From positions 490 to 64,489 of the forward strand of contig CANJQI010000004.1 of the NCBI GenBank assembly GCA_947476215.1: DNA of 64,000 nt, written 5' to 3'. The position numbers and the translations under genes are program-made. The DNA comes from Betaproteobacteria bacterium. Lineage in GTDB: Bacteria > Pseudomonadota > Gammaproteobacteria > Burkholderiales > SG8-41. The notes beneath the pieces are model-generated. The model did not search any database, had not been told where the DNA came from, and worked only from the letters and a program-made list of their open reading frames with translations. Below, one piece after another: positions 10,153 to 18,475 of this stretch (positions are counted from its first letter, which is position 1; every line of letters starts with the position of its first letter).

Positions 10153-10317
10153 ATGAAATATTTTCTTGTCTTTTTTCTGGCCGGCCTCGTGTACCTGGAA
10201 GTCGCTCACCAACTCTCCAACGGCGATGATCTCAACACGTTGATGTGCACCAGTGCGCATCCGGATTACCACGCGCTCGGAAACAGCTACCGCGAGCACC
10301 TGGATAACCGGCGCTAG
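10153..10317 (+). CDS. hypothetical small protein (54 aa), hydrophobic N-terminus
   Basis: ATG-to-TAG ORF below the track's size cutoff: MKYFLVFFLAGLVYLEVAHQLSNGDDLNTLMCTSAHPDYHALGNSYREHLDNRR. No recognisable family and no clear RBS. Confidence 0.15.
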   Translation: MKYFLVFFLAGLVYLEVAHQLSNGDDLNTLMCTSAHPDYHALGNSYREHLDNRR

Positions 10318-10321
10318 ATTT

Positions 10322-11494
10322 TCAATTTCGGCGTTCGCTCTTCCATGCGCCGATCACGATGCGCGCATAGCGTTGGAATGAAAAATATGCCCATGCCCAG
10401 TCGGGCATCACGATGATGCGATTGCGGAAACCAATCAGAAAATAGATGTGGGCAAACAACCATACCAGCCACGCCGGCATGCCCGATAGCCTGATCTTGC
10501 CGAGCAGCACCACGGCGGCCCATCTGCTTGGTCGCCGGGCTCACGCCGGGTACCGGCTTTCCGTCGCACACCATGTGCGCAAGGTCACCGATGACCGACA
10601 CTTCAGGATGACCGGGCAGCGACAAGTCCGCGTTGACCACGACACGTCCGGCGCGGTCCAGCGACGTGTTCAATGTTGCACCAAGCGCGGATGCAGCGAC
10701 GCCGGCGGCCCACATCATGGTGCGCGCCTGGATTTCCGTGGCGCCGCCGTTTTCGGCTATTGTCACGCCACCTTCGGTGACAGCGGTAACACGGGCGCCG
10801 GTGCGAACCTCGACGCCCAGTTCTTCGAGCTGCAGACGCGCCCGCTCGGGCAATTCGCCCGGAAACGCAGGTAAAACGCGTTCACCGCCTTCGAGCAACA
10901 GCACGCGCGCCGTGCGAGTATCAAACCGGCGGAATTCACCCGACAACGTATGGCGGGCGATTTCCGCGAGAGTGCCCGCGAGTTCCACCCCGATGACGCC
11001 CGCGCCGATGACCACGAATGTGAGCCACGCACGACGCAGGCTCTCATCGGTTTCACGCTCGGCGTGCTCAAATGCGAGCAGCACGCGCCGGCGCAGTTCG
11101 AACGCGTCTTGCAGCGTTTTCAGGCCCGGTGCATGTCTGGCCCACGCGTCGTTTCCGAAGTAGCTGTGCGTTGCGCCGGAAGCAACGATCAGATGCTCGT
11201 AATCAATGTCACCCATTCCTTCGACGCTTACGCTGCGCGACGCAGTATCGATAGCCGTGACCTCGCCCATCAATACAGTGACGTTGCGCTGCTTGCGGAA
11301 GATATGGCGTATGGGTGCAGCTATGGATGGGCCAGACAAACCCGCCGTTGCGACCTGCTACAGTAGCGGCTGGAACAGATGTGGTTGCAGCGGTCTATCA
11401 CGGTGACGTCTACGAGCTTGCCGCACAAGGTCTTGGCGGCTTCCAGTCCGCCGAAGCCACAACCGATAATCACTATGCGTGGCAATGCCGCCAT
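10322..11494 (-). pseudogene. ndh: type II NADH dehydrogenase (NDH-2) pseudogene with three lesions
   Basis: The N-terminus MAALPRIVIIGCGFGGLEAAKTL... (start 11494) loses frame at about 11378..11386. An in-frame TAG at 11360..11358 replaces the Tyr of HLFQPLL-Y-QVATAGL. The C-terminal segment VVLLGKIRLSGMPAWLVWLFAHIYFLIGFRNR lies in another frame after an out-of-frame internal deletion near 10513. Confidence 0.8.
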
Positions 11495-11515
11495 GGCAGT
11501 TAGTTTACCGAAGCA

Positions 11516-12285
11516 TTAAGCCGTATGGACTTTCCTGATCACCTGCGCCAGCGTCTTCATGTCCGTCAGCCGCGACGTGGAGCGCCGTGCCGCGAGCGCG
11601 ATCGTACGCTTGGGGCTGGGCTTGGCCATTGGCCGGGATACGAGGTTCGGGCCATGTGTCAGTCCCCGTTTCACCGCCATTTCCGGAACCAACCCTATGC
11701 CTAGTCCGGACTCTATCATCTGCACCAGGGTCAGGAGACTGGTGGCTTCCACGCCCAACGTTGCATGCCGGTCGGATGCACCACACACGTACAGAACGTG
11801 ATCGCGCAAGCAGTGCCCCTCCTCTAACAGCAGCAGACGGTCGGTGATCACCGGTGTGACGTTAATCGTCCACGACTTCAATTCCGCATCGTTTTTGCGC
11901 CCGACGACCCATAGATTGTCGTCAAACAGCGGCTCCACGAGCAAATTCGCGGTGTCGTACGGAAGCGCAATCAGAACAAAATCGAGCTTTCCGCCTTCGA
12001 TCCTGGACAACAGGCTGGCGGTGAGATCCTCGCGTACAGGCGTCACCAAAGCGCTGGGCATCGACATGAGCAAGATAGGCAGTTGCGCTCCTCGTCACGG
12101 GCATGCCCGTGGCCTAGTACAACATTGCCGGCGCGTCGATAGGCCTGCCGTTCGGAGCACAGGCGCGCACACAGATTGTGCTGTTCATGAACAGCAAGGT
12201 GCTGGCCGCGTTTCGAAACAGCAAGGGCTGGCAGGCGGGCGTCGATGGCAGCGGCCACCCAGATTTTCCGCGCCAGTGGCCCCAT
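11516..12285 (-). pseudogene. OxyR-like LysR-family regulator remnant (intact-looking effector domain, degraded HTH region)
   Basis: The 185-aa ORF (11516..12073) aligns by eye to the OxyR effector domain (GKLDFVLIALP, LLLLEEGHCLRD, SLLTLVQMIESGLGIGLVP). Upstream, only a shortened, frame-shifted HTH-like stretch (..AAAIDARLPALAVSKRGQHL..AG) survives in another frame. Confidence 0.55.
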
Positions 12286-12397
12286 TCGTTCCGGTCATTT
12301 GTTTTGCTCCAAAACAGACGCTCCTTGGTCCAATCTTCTCGACAAAGCCACTTTGGGCGCCTCCTCATATACGAATGAAGTTAGTTATAACATTGTT

Positions 12398-12426
12398 TTT
12401 ACATCGAGCCTGCTAAGCCATAACAT
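12398..12426 (+). promoter_or_regulatory. candidate sigma70 promoter of mazEF (TTTACA-17 nt-TAACAT) overlapping one of two ATAACAT direct repeats
   Basis: -35 at 12398..12403 and -10 at 12421..12426. ATAACAT occurs at 12387..12393 and 12420..12426. Found by pattern only. Confidence 0.3.
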
Positions 12427-12451
12427 GGTTGTCACTTTGATGGGGTGGCAT

Positions 12452-12703
12452 ATGAAGACATCGATCCGCAAAATGGGCAACTCCCAAGGCGTACTAATTC
12501 CGAAACCATTTCTTGCGCAAACAGGAGTGGACGTGGGAGAGGTTGATGTTGAAATCGAAAGCGATGCGATTGTAATTCGCAAATTGAAGAAGAAAGCGCG
12601 TCAGGGTTGGGCTGAGGCAAGCAAAGCAATCGCCGCCGCCGGCGATGATGGACTCGTTTGGCCTGAATTGGCAAATGAAGACGACAAGGAGCTTGTGTGG
12701 TAA
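12452..12703 (+). CDS. mazE: MazE/PemI-type antitoxin (AbrB/SpoVT fold)
   Basis: Likely start is the ATG at 12452 (MKTSIRKMGNSQGVLIPKPFLAQTGV...), with an acidic C-terminal tail. It overlaps mazF by 7 nt. Confidence 0.8.
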   Translation: MKTSIRKMGNSQGVLIPKPFLAQTGVDVGEVDVEIESDAIVIRKLKKKARQGWAEASKAIAAAGDDGLVWPELANEDDKELVW

Positions 12704-13017
12704 AGCGCGGTGAAATCTGGCTAGCCGCCCTCGATCCAACTGTCGGCAGCGAAATTCAAAAGACGCGACCCTGTGTGATCGTATCGCCTCCGGAGATGCA
12801 TGATTATCTGAGGACCGTAATCGTTGCGCCGATGACAACTGGAAGCAAGCCGGCACCATATCGCGTACCCGTGACGTTCCGGAGGAAAAAAGGATTGATT
12901 TTGCTGGATCAGATTCACACGATAGACAAAGCACGGTTAGTCAAGAAAATGGGCGCGACAACAGATCAGACCCTGATCGATGCACTCCAGACCCTTCAAG
13001 AAGTATTCACTGAATAG
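12697..13017 (+). CDS. mazF: MazF/PemK family endoribonuclease toxin
   Basis: 106 aa with a GTG start. RGEIWLAALDPTVGSEIQKTRPCVIVS and LLDQIHTIDKARL are PemK/MazF hallmarks. Confidence 0.88.
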   Translation: MVKRGEIWLAALDPTVGSEIQKTRPCVIVSPPEMHDYLRTVIVAPMTTGSKPAPYRVPVTFRRKKGLILLDQIHTIDKARLVKKMGATTDQTLIDALQTLQEVFTE

Positions 13018-13267
13018 GGGCCGTCGGGACGAAAAGAAATTGTAACTGTGATCGACGGCTCCAGGCCGCCGGGAGACCATCAAGCAAGAGCCACGACTTC
13101 AGAGAAGCGGTCGTTCGCGCAAGAGCCTTATCATTTTTGGGAACCGCTTTTTCGCGGAAAGTCCGGGCGCCACGCGATATTCGCTGCAGCTTCACTTCAC
13201 CAAAAAATTCCCGGACACTACGGTTCTTGATATTTTTTCGACGCCAGCAGTGCCACTGCTGCTTGGC

Positions 13268-13645
13268 TTAATTCTGCCGCGCTTTGCGTGCGGCGTATTT
13301 GGAGTCGCGCGCGGCCTTCTGCTCCTTTTTAAGCGCAACATCGGCCTCGAGGCGGGCAACGCGCTCGGCGTCCTTGCGTGCCTTTTCTTCCGTGGCAATG
13401 AGCGCCAGCCTGGCCTTCTCGATCGCGCGCTTTGCGTCTCTCTGTTCGGCAGCGGCCCGGTTCGCGGTTTTCCGTTCGGCCATGCGGAGTTGGCGCGCTT
13501 CCGCCGTTTCCACCCGTGCAGCCTGCCGCTCGGCGGATTGTGCTTCGTGAGCCATTGCAGTCTCGCGTATCTTTTGCAACTGGACCTGCTTGGCTTTTTC
13601 CGCCGTCTGCAGGCGTTCTGCGAAACTTGGTTCTTTACGTGACAT
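13268..13645 (-). CDS. hypothetical Ala/Arg/Lys/Glu-rich coiled-coil protein (possibly DUF6481-like; from recollection only)
   Basis: 125-aa ORF of low-complexity charged helical sequence beginning MSRKEPSFAERLQTAEKAKQ. No overlapping better ORF. Confidence 0.55.
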   Translation of the reverse strand: MSRKEPSFAERLQTAEKAKQVQLQKIRETAMAHEAQSAERQAARVETAEARQLRMAERKTANRAAAEQRDAKRAIEKARLALIATEEKARKDAERVARLEADVALKKEQKAARDSKYAARKARQN

Positions 13646-13940
13646 GTGATGATTCTTTCATAGAAGTGGCCCCGCCAGGTCACCAGCCATTTCTGATGGC
13701 TGGCATTTGCGTTATCACGGGGTTACCACACCATCATTATCGCTGCTTTCGATCCATCAGGGGGCATCTGAATTCCTTTTGGGTCGTCACCAGAGACCGT
13801 CAAGCCTGTCTTGAATGGCGCGGGGCACCGGTGCCCGACATCAATGAAAGCGGTGGTTTACGCTGCGCTAGCCCACCCTACGCATTGCATCCGTGACAAA
13901 TTGGCAGACTGCCACTGATGCCGCGAGTACATCATCATCA

Positions 13941-14582
13941 TCAACACAACGGCGAAAAAGGCGTGGGAACAACGAGCATGTTCTGCATGCGAAACGGCAG
14001 GTGTTTGGTAGCACGCTTCAGCCGCTGGTCTACGACCGACATCGGCCAGATGCCGGCCTTCGAGGTTTCCGCGCGTATGCGCTCGCGCTCACCGGCGTTT
14101 TCATAGGCCCAGATGTGTATCCAGTGATGCGCCGGCCCCTGGTCGATGTACCACGCGCCGACCAGCGGCGAATACTTGAGACGTTCCGGCAGTATTTCGT
14201 TCCAGGTGTCTATGACCCAGGGTACGGTGCCGGGCTCATAGTCGTAGATGCGCACTTCATAGACATTCCCCAACTTGCGCGGCGTCAGCGCGGGTGAGAA
14301 CGGCGCCGGCGTCCATATCCGGGTCGACTCATCAAGCACGTGGTCGCGTAACTGCGGTGGCCATCCCCCAATTTTCGCTTCCGAAGCACGCATCTTGTCG
14401 CGCTCCTCCGCGCTGGCATACGGCCAGATGAGTATCGCCTGATTGAGCACGCCGATTTCCGAGCGCCAAAAGGCCGCCAGCGGCGATAGCGCGGTGCGTG
14501 CCGGCAACGCATCTTCGAACATCTTGATGGCTGCGCCGACGCTGCGCGTTTTCAACGTGTACGTCTGCATTTCTATGATCAT
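13941..14582 (-). CDS. NIPSNAP family protein (two NIPSNAP repeats)
   Basis: 213 aa with two repeats of the pattern (LNQAILIWPYASAEERDK / HHWIHIWAYENAGERERI). Confidence 0.8.
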   Translation of the reverse strand: MIIEMQTYTLKTRSVGAAIKMFEDALPARTALSPLAAFWRSEIGVLNQAILIWPYASAEERDKMRASEAKIGGWPPQLRDHVLDESTRIWTPAPFSPALTPRKLGNVYEVRIYDYEPGTVPWVIDTWNEILPERLKYSPLVGAWYIDQGPAHHWIHIWAYENAGERERIRAETSKAGIWPMSVVDQRLKRATKHLPFRMQNMLVVPTPFSPLC

Positions 14583-14756
14583 GCGTCATCCCTTCTTTGT
14601 CGGCATACACTTCTTTCATACACGAAAGATTCTCCGCGATCGCCGCGACTGACAGCAGTTTCCTATTCATCAGGATAGGGACCGGTATTGCGCGCGGAAG
14701 AACCTGATGTAAAACATATTTTACCGTGGGGTATGGTCGTCAGAGGCCCATGGCCG

Positions 14757-15638
14757 CTATGGTGATGTCGCCTTGTCGAGTACGTCGATGAACGCGCGGA
14801 CGTTCGACGACAGCAGGCGCGCATGCGGGTAAACAATGCTGACCGGCATGGGCGGCGATTCGAAATCCTGCAGCACGCGCTTGAGGCGTCCGGCTTTGAC
14901 CAGCGCATCGACCTGATAACACAGGAACTGCCCACAGCCGAGGCCGTGCAGACAGGCATCAATCGCCGCATCGAACTGGTTGGTTCGCAATATTGGCCGC
15001 ACCAGGACTCGCTCATGTGGTTTACCTGAAAACTGCCATTCGTTGGTTTGGGCAAGCCCGGTGAAGACCACGCAGCGCGCTGCGCCGAGATCGTGCGGGG
15101 ATTTCGGCATGCCGACGCGTTTCAGGTAACTTGGGGCTGCGCACACGACACGCCGCGTTTCGCCGATGCGTTTGGCGACCAGCGTCGACGCGGGCAAATG
15201 ACCGATGCGTACTGCCGCATCAACCCCCTCCTCGACCAGATCAATCACGCGATCCAGCAGAAGCAGATCGACCTCGACTTCGGAGTAACGCGCAAGAAAA
15301 ATGTTGACGGCCGGTGCAATATGCAGTCGGCCGTACGTGACCGGCGCGGTAATACGCAGCCGGCCGCGCGGCTGCAAGCGTCGTGCCGACAGCGCCGCAT
15401 CGGCCTCTTCGACCTCGGCCAGCACGCGCTTGCAGCGCTCGTAGTACTCACGGCCTTCGTCGCTCAACGAAGAGCGGCGCGTCGTGCGATTCATCAATCG
15501 CACACCAACCGCTCGTTCCAGCGCCGCCAGCGCGCGCACGACCGACGGCGCTGACATGCCGAGCGCGTTGGCTGCGGCAGTCAGGCTGCCTTTTTCAACG
15601 ATGCGCACAAATATCTCCATCGAACGCAATTTGTCCAT
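14757..15638 (-). CDS. LysR family transcriptional regulator
   Basis: 293 aa. N-terminal HTH MDKLRSMEIFVRIVEKGSLTAAANALGMSAPSVVRALAALERAVGVRLMNRTTR. Divergent from the CMD-remnant/PNPOx pair. Confidence 0.9.
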   Translation of the reverse strand: MDKLRSMEIFVRIVEKGSLTAAANALGMSAPSVVRALAALERAVGVRLMNRTTRRSSLSDEGREYYERCKRVLAEVEEADAALSARRLQPRGRLRITAPVTYGRLHIAPAVNIFLARYSEVEVDLLLLDRVIDLVEEGVDAAVRIGHLPASTLVAKRIGETRRVVCAAPSYLKRVGMPKSPHDLGAARCVVFTGLAQTNEWQFSGKPHERVLVRPILRTNQFDAAIDACLHGLGCGQFLCYQVDALVKAGRLKRVLQDFESPPMPVSIVYPHARLLSSNVRAFIDVLDKATSP

Positions 15639-15771
15639 GCGTGGATTATTACTACGTAATTTGCATTAATCAAGTTAACTTTACAGTATTTATTCTTTCT
15701 CCCGTATGAATCATCATACATTCCGTTGAGCAACCGAATGGTTCGCCCCCCGCAAATAGAGGAGAAACACC

Positions 15772-15922
15772 ATGTCACGCATTACACCTGTCGACCCGAA
15801 AACCGCTACCGGCGACGCCCGGCGATTGCTTGACGCTGTCCAGGCACAACTCGGCTTCACCCCGAATTTTTGACTTTCCGAAAGTCGCACTGTTAAACGC
15901 CGCAGTGGCCAGGGCCGCGTAA
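15772..15922 (+). pseudogene. carboxymuconolactone decarboxylase (AhpD-like) family gene remnant with an internal out-of-frame deletion
   Basis: A good RBS (GGAGA) precedes MSRITPVDPKTATGDARRLLDAVQAQLGFTPNF, then TGA at 15871. The family-like C-terminal end FDFPKVALLNAAVARAA* follows directly in the +1 frame, so the core domain is missing. Confidence 0.6.
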
Positions 15923-15932
15923 GGAGCATGTC

Positions 15933-16544
15933 ATGAAGACCTTCGCCGGAATTGCATTTTCGTCTGCGGTGCAGGCACTACAGTCCACGCACGGGTCGCG
16001 CGCCGCTTACGCGCGCCTCCCGGACGAACGACCGACCGGCGAAGGTCTCAGTGCCGTCGAAACCGATTTCCTGCAACGCGCCGACAGCTTTTACATGGCA
16101 TCGGTTGGTGAAACCGGATGGCCTTACGTGCAACACCGGGGCGGCCCGCACGGTTTCGTCAAGGTAATTTCGCCTGCCCGGATTGCGTTCGCCGATTTTC
16201 GCGGCAACCGGCAATACGTGAGCGCCGGCAATGTGACCAACAACGACCGCGTGGCGCTGATTTTCATGGACTACGCCAACCGCAAACGTCTGAAGCTGCT
16301 CGGACACCTGCGTTACCAGGATGTCGGGAATGCCGAATCTGATCTCGTTGCAGCGGTCGAACTGCCAGCCTACCGCGCGCGCCTTGAGCACGTTGCGGTC
16401 ATCGAAATAGAAGCCTACGACTGGAACTGCCCACAACACATTACCCAGCGTTTCACGCTCGATGAAATCGAGTCTTCGACCAATCCACTGCACGAGCGCA
16501 TCGCACAACTGGAGGCGGAAATCGCATCGCTAATAGCGAACTGA
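15933..16544 (+). CDS. pyridoxamine 5'-phosphate oxidase-like FMN-binding protein
   Basis: 203 aa with an AAGGAG RBS. Split-barrel-like motifs are present (FYMASVGETGWPYVQHRGGPHGF, FRGNRQYVSAGN). Confidence 0.8.
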   Translation: MKTFAGIAFSSAVQALQSTHGSRAAYARLPDERPTGEGLSAVETDFLQRADSFYMASVGETGWPYVQHRGGPHGFVKVISPARIAFADFRGNRQYVSAGNVTNNDRVALIFMDYANRKRLKLLGHLRYQDVGNAESDLVAAVELPAYRARLEHVAVIEIEAYDWNCPQHITQRFTLDEIESSTNPLHERIAQLEAEIASLIAN

Positions 16545-16586
16545 GTCGCACAAAATAGTCGCAGCCGTCCTCGACATCGCGCGCGC

Positions 16587-17822
16587 TCACTCCAATCGGC
16601 GCAGACGCGGAACCAGCAGTACTATGGCCAGCATGATGACGATGGCAATCGCCGCGTAGGCGGCCTGTGCCACGGGAGCGCCGAAGCGCTCCGCAGCCGC
16701 ACCCGCCAGAAGGTTGCCAAAGGGCAGGCTGATCACCACGCCGGTGCGCAGCCCCATGACCCTGCCGCGCATGGGCTGCGTCGTATTACTCAATATCAGG
16801 GTGGCGATCACGGTCCATGTGATGGCTTGTGTGAGCCCGGCCGCGAATGCCAGCGCCAGCGACAGGTGATACGACTTGGACGCGGCAAACAGCAGCAGCG
16901 AAACCGGCCAGGCGATACCGCCCCACACGACCAGCCAGCCCTTGCGCTTGAAGTTCCCCATCGATACCACCCAAAGTCCGGCCGTCAGCGCCCCAACGCC
17001 AGCCATGGATGTGAGCATGCCGTAACCCGCCGGACCGGCGTTCAGGACATAACGAGCGAATATGGGCAGAAACGAATACCGGTAAGGGGCGGCTAACAGG
17101 TTAAGCAGACACGCAATCACCAGCAGCACAAGTACCGTCTGATTGCTCCACACATAACGCAAACCGCTGATCAGGCTGCTCGCGGGCGACTCGCTAGCCT
17201 TGGGGACAGCCTGTTGCACGCGATTCATCCGGAATAAAACGACCAGGTCCAGGAAATAGATGCTTGCTATCAACCCATAGGCGCCGCTATTGCCTAAGGC
17301 CGGGATCAGTATCCCGCCCAATGCCGGACCGATGACCACGGTAAGCTCGGTCGCCACGGCGATGAGCGCGATCGCATTCGCCAGGTTTCCCTTGCCTACC
17401 AGATCCGGCACGAACGCCTGCCGGGCGGGGCTGTCCAGGGCCCAGGTCAGACTGCCCACCATGGACAAAACGATGATGTGCCACAGCACAAGCGCGCCAG
17501 TCAGCAAGAGGACCAGCATCATAAAGGCCACGGCCCAGTTCACGAACGCCGCGATGATCAGAAGCAGGCGCCTGTCCATCCGGTCCGCAGCCACGCCCAT
17601 AAACGGTGCCGCGAGGTAGCCGACCATCTTGCACGCGGCGACTATGCCCACCATCAGTGCGGACTCGGTCAACTCGAGTGTCAGCCAGCCTATCACCACC
17701 AGATCCGCCCACTTGGCAGTCGACGAAAGCAGTGTGGCCGTCCAAAGCAGGCGGAATCCTCGATGGCGCAGGGCGGTTGTCTGGCCGAATTGTTTCAGAC
17801 GAGACAGGATGTTATGCGTCAT
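16587..17822 (-). CDS. MFS transporter
   Basis: 411 aa, about 12 hydrophobic segments, with a GVAADRMDRRLLL loop motif. Confidence 0.85.
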   Translation of the reverse strand: MTHNILSRLKQFGQTTALRHRGFRLLWTATLLSSTAKWADLVVIGWLTLELTESALMVGIVAACKMVGYLAAPFMGVAADRMDRRLLLIIAAFVNWAVAFMMLVLLLTGALVLWHIIVLSMVGSLTWALDSPARQAFVPDLVGKGNLANAIALIAVATELTVVIGPALGGILIPALGNSGAYGLIASIYFLDLVVLFRMNRVQQAVPKASESPASSLISGLRYVWSNQTVLVLLVIACLLNLLAAPYRYSFLPIFARYVLNAGPAGYGMLTSMAGVGALTAGLWVVSMGNFKRKGWLVVWGGIAWPVSLLLFAASKSYHLSLALAFAAGLTQAITWTVIATLILSNTTQPMRGRVMGLRTGVVISLPFGNLLAGAAAERFGAPVAQAAYAAIAIVIMLAIVLLVPRLRRLE

Positions 17823-17992
17823 TTAGCTTTTCAGTGTGCATGCTTGGGGTTCGCGTCAATAACGCACTTACCGGGAAGCCCGCCGCGAGAATTGCATGAT
17901 GAATATTGACACGGGTACGCCGGGACCGCGTTGATAATAACGGAAAACCGCACACGAACCGCGCATTGAAAAACAGCTCAGCAAGGAAGTCC

Positions 17993-18415
17993 ATGGCAAC
18001 CCAACAGGCAAAATAGACACCGGTCCCGATACTGGGTCTGGCGCACATCGGCATCCGCGTTCACGACCTCGAACGCTCAGTGCGCTTTTACGAGCTGCTG
18101 GGATTCAGGAAAACCGCCGGACCTCTCGGTCCCGAGCCGTTGGCCATACTTGCGCATCCGTCCGGCGTGGAAATAAATCTCGTGCTAAACGCACCTAAGG
18201 CAAGCGAACCCAATGTCCTCATGGACTTACCGCAGAAGCATCCTGGCATCACTCACTTTGCGCTGCTGTGCCCGGATATCATGACTGCAAAAGCTCACCT
18301 TGAATCCGTGGGGATTCCGCTGAGCGGCGGGCCTATACGCTTCGGGCCCGAAGCACAGGGCTTCTTCCTGCGCGATCCCGATGACAACGTAATCGAGCCA
18401 CATCAGCGCGATTGA
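17993..18415 (+). pseudogene. VOC/glyoxalase-family gene with an in-frame amber codon at codon 8
   Basis: AAGGAAG RBS plus an ATG at 17993 gives MATQQAK, then TAG (18014..18016). The same frame continues TPVPILGLAHIGIRVHDLERSVRFYELLGF... The track ORF (GTG 18080) would lack the first beta-strand and the metal-binding His. Confidence 0.65.
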
Positions 18416-18475
18416 ATTTCTTGAACGGACATTATCAGGCAATATGAGGCGCATGCCGTATTGTCGCGTGTAAAT

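Noticed and set aside
13823-13895. Perfect 14-bp palindrome GGGCACCGGTGCCC (13823..13836), and a REP-like sequence GCGGTGGTTTACGCTGCGCTAGCCCACCCTACG (about 13850..13886) downstream of the NIPSNAP gene.
   Set aside because: There is a single occurrence of each in the window. That is not enough to call a REP family or an operator, so they are noted only as possible terminator or REP candidates.
15648-15660. ATTAC-TAC-GTAAT inverted repeat just upstream of the LysR gene start, considered as a LysR T-N11-A box.
   Set aside because: It is plausible, but it lies only 10 nt from the start codon and its arms are very short (5 bp). It cannot be distinguished from chance in an AT-rich promoter patch.
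15871-15873. TGA ending the 33-codon CMD/AhpD-like N-terminal fragment, considered as a possible Sec codon because some AhpD-like proteins are selenoproteins.
   Set aside because: Reading through gives no family-like sequence. The family-like C-terminal end is in the +1 frame, so an internal deletion explains the pattern better.
11358-18016. Two in-frame TAG codons (ndh at 11360..11358, VOC at 18014..18016), considered as evidence for amber reassignment or pyrrolysine.
   Set aside because: TAG terminates well-supported genes in the same window (for example 25865..25867 and 29537..29539). The ndh gene also carries frameshift and deletion lesions, so ordinary nonsense mutations are the simpler reading.
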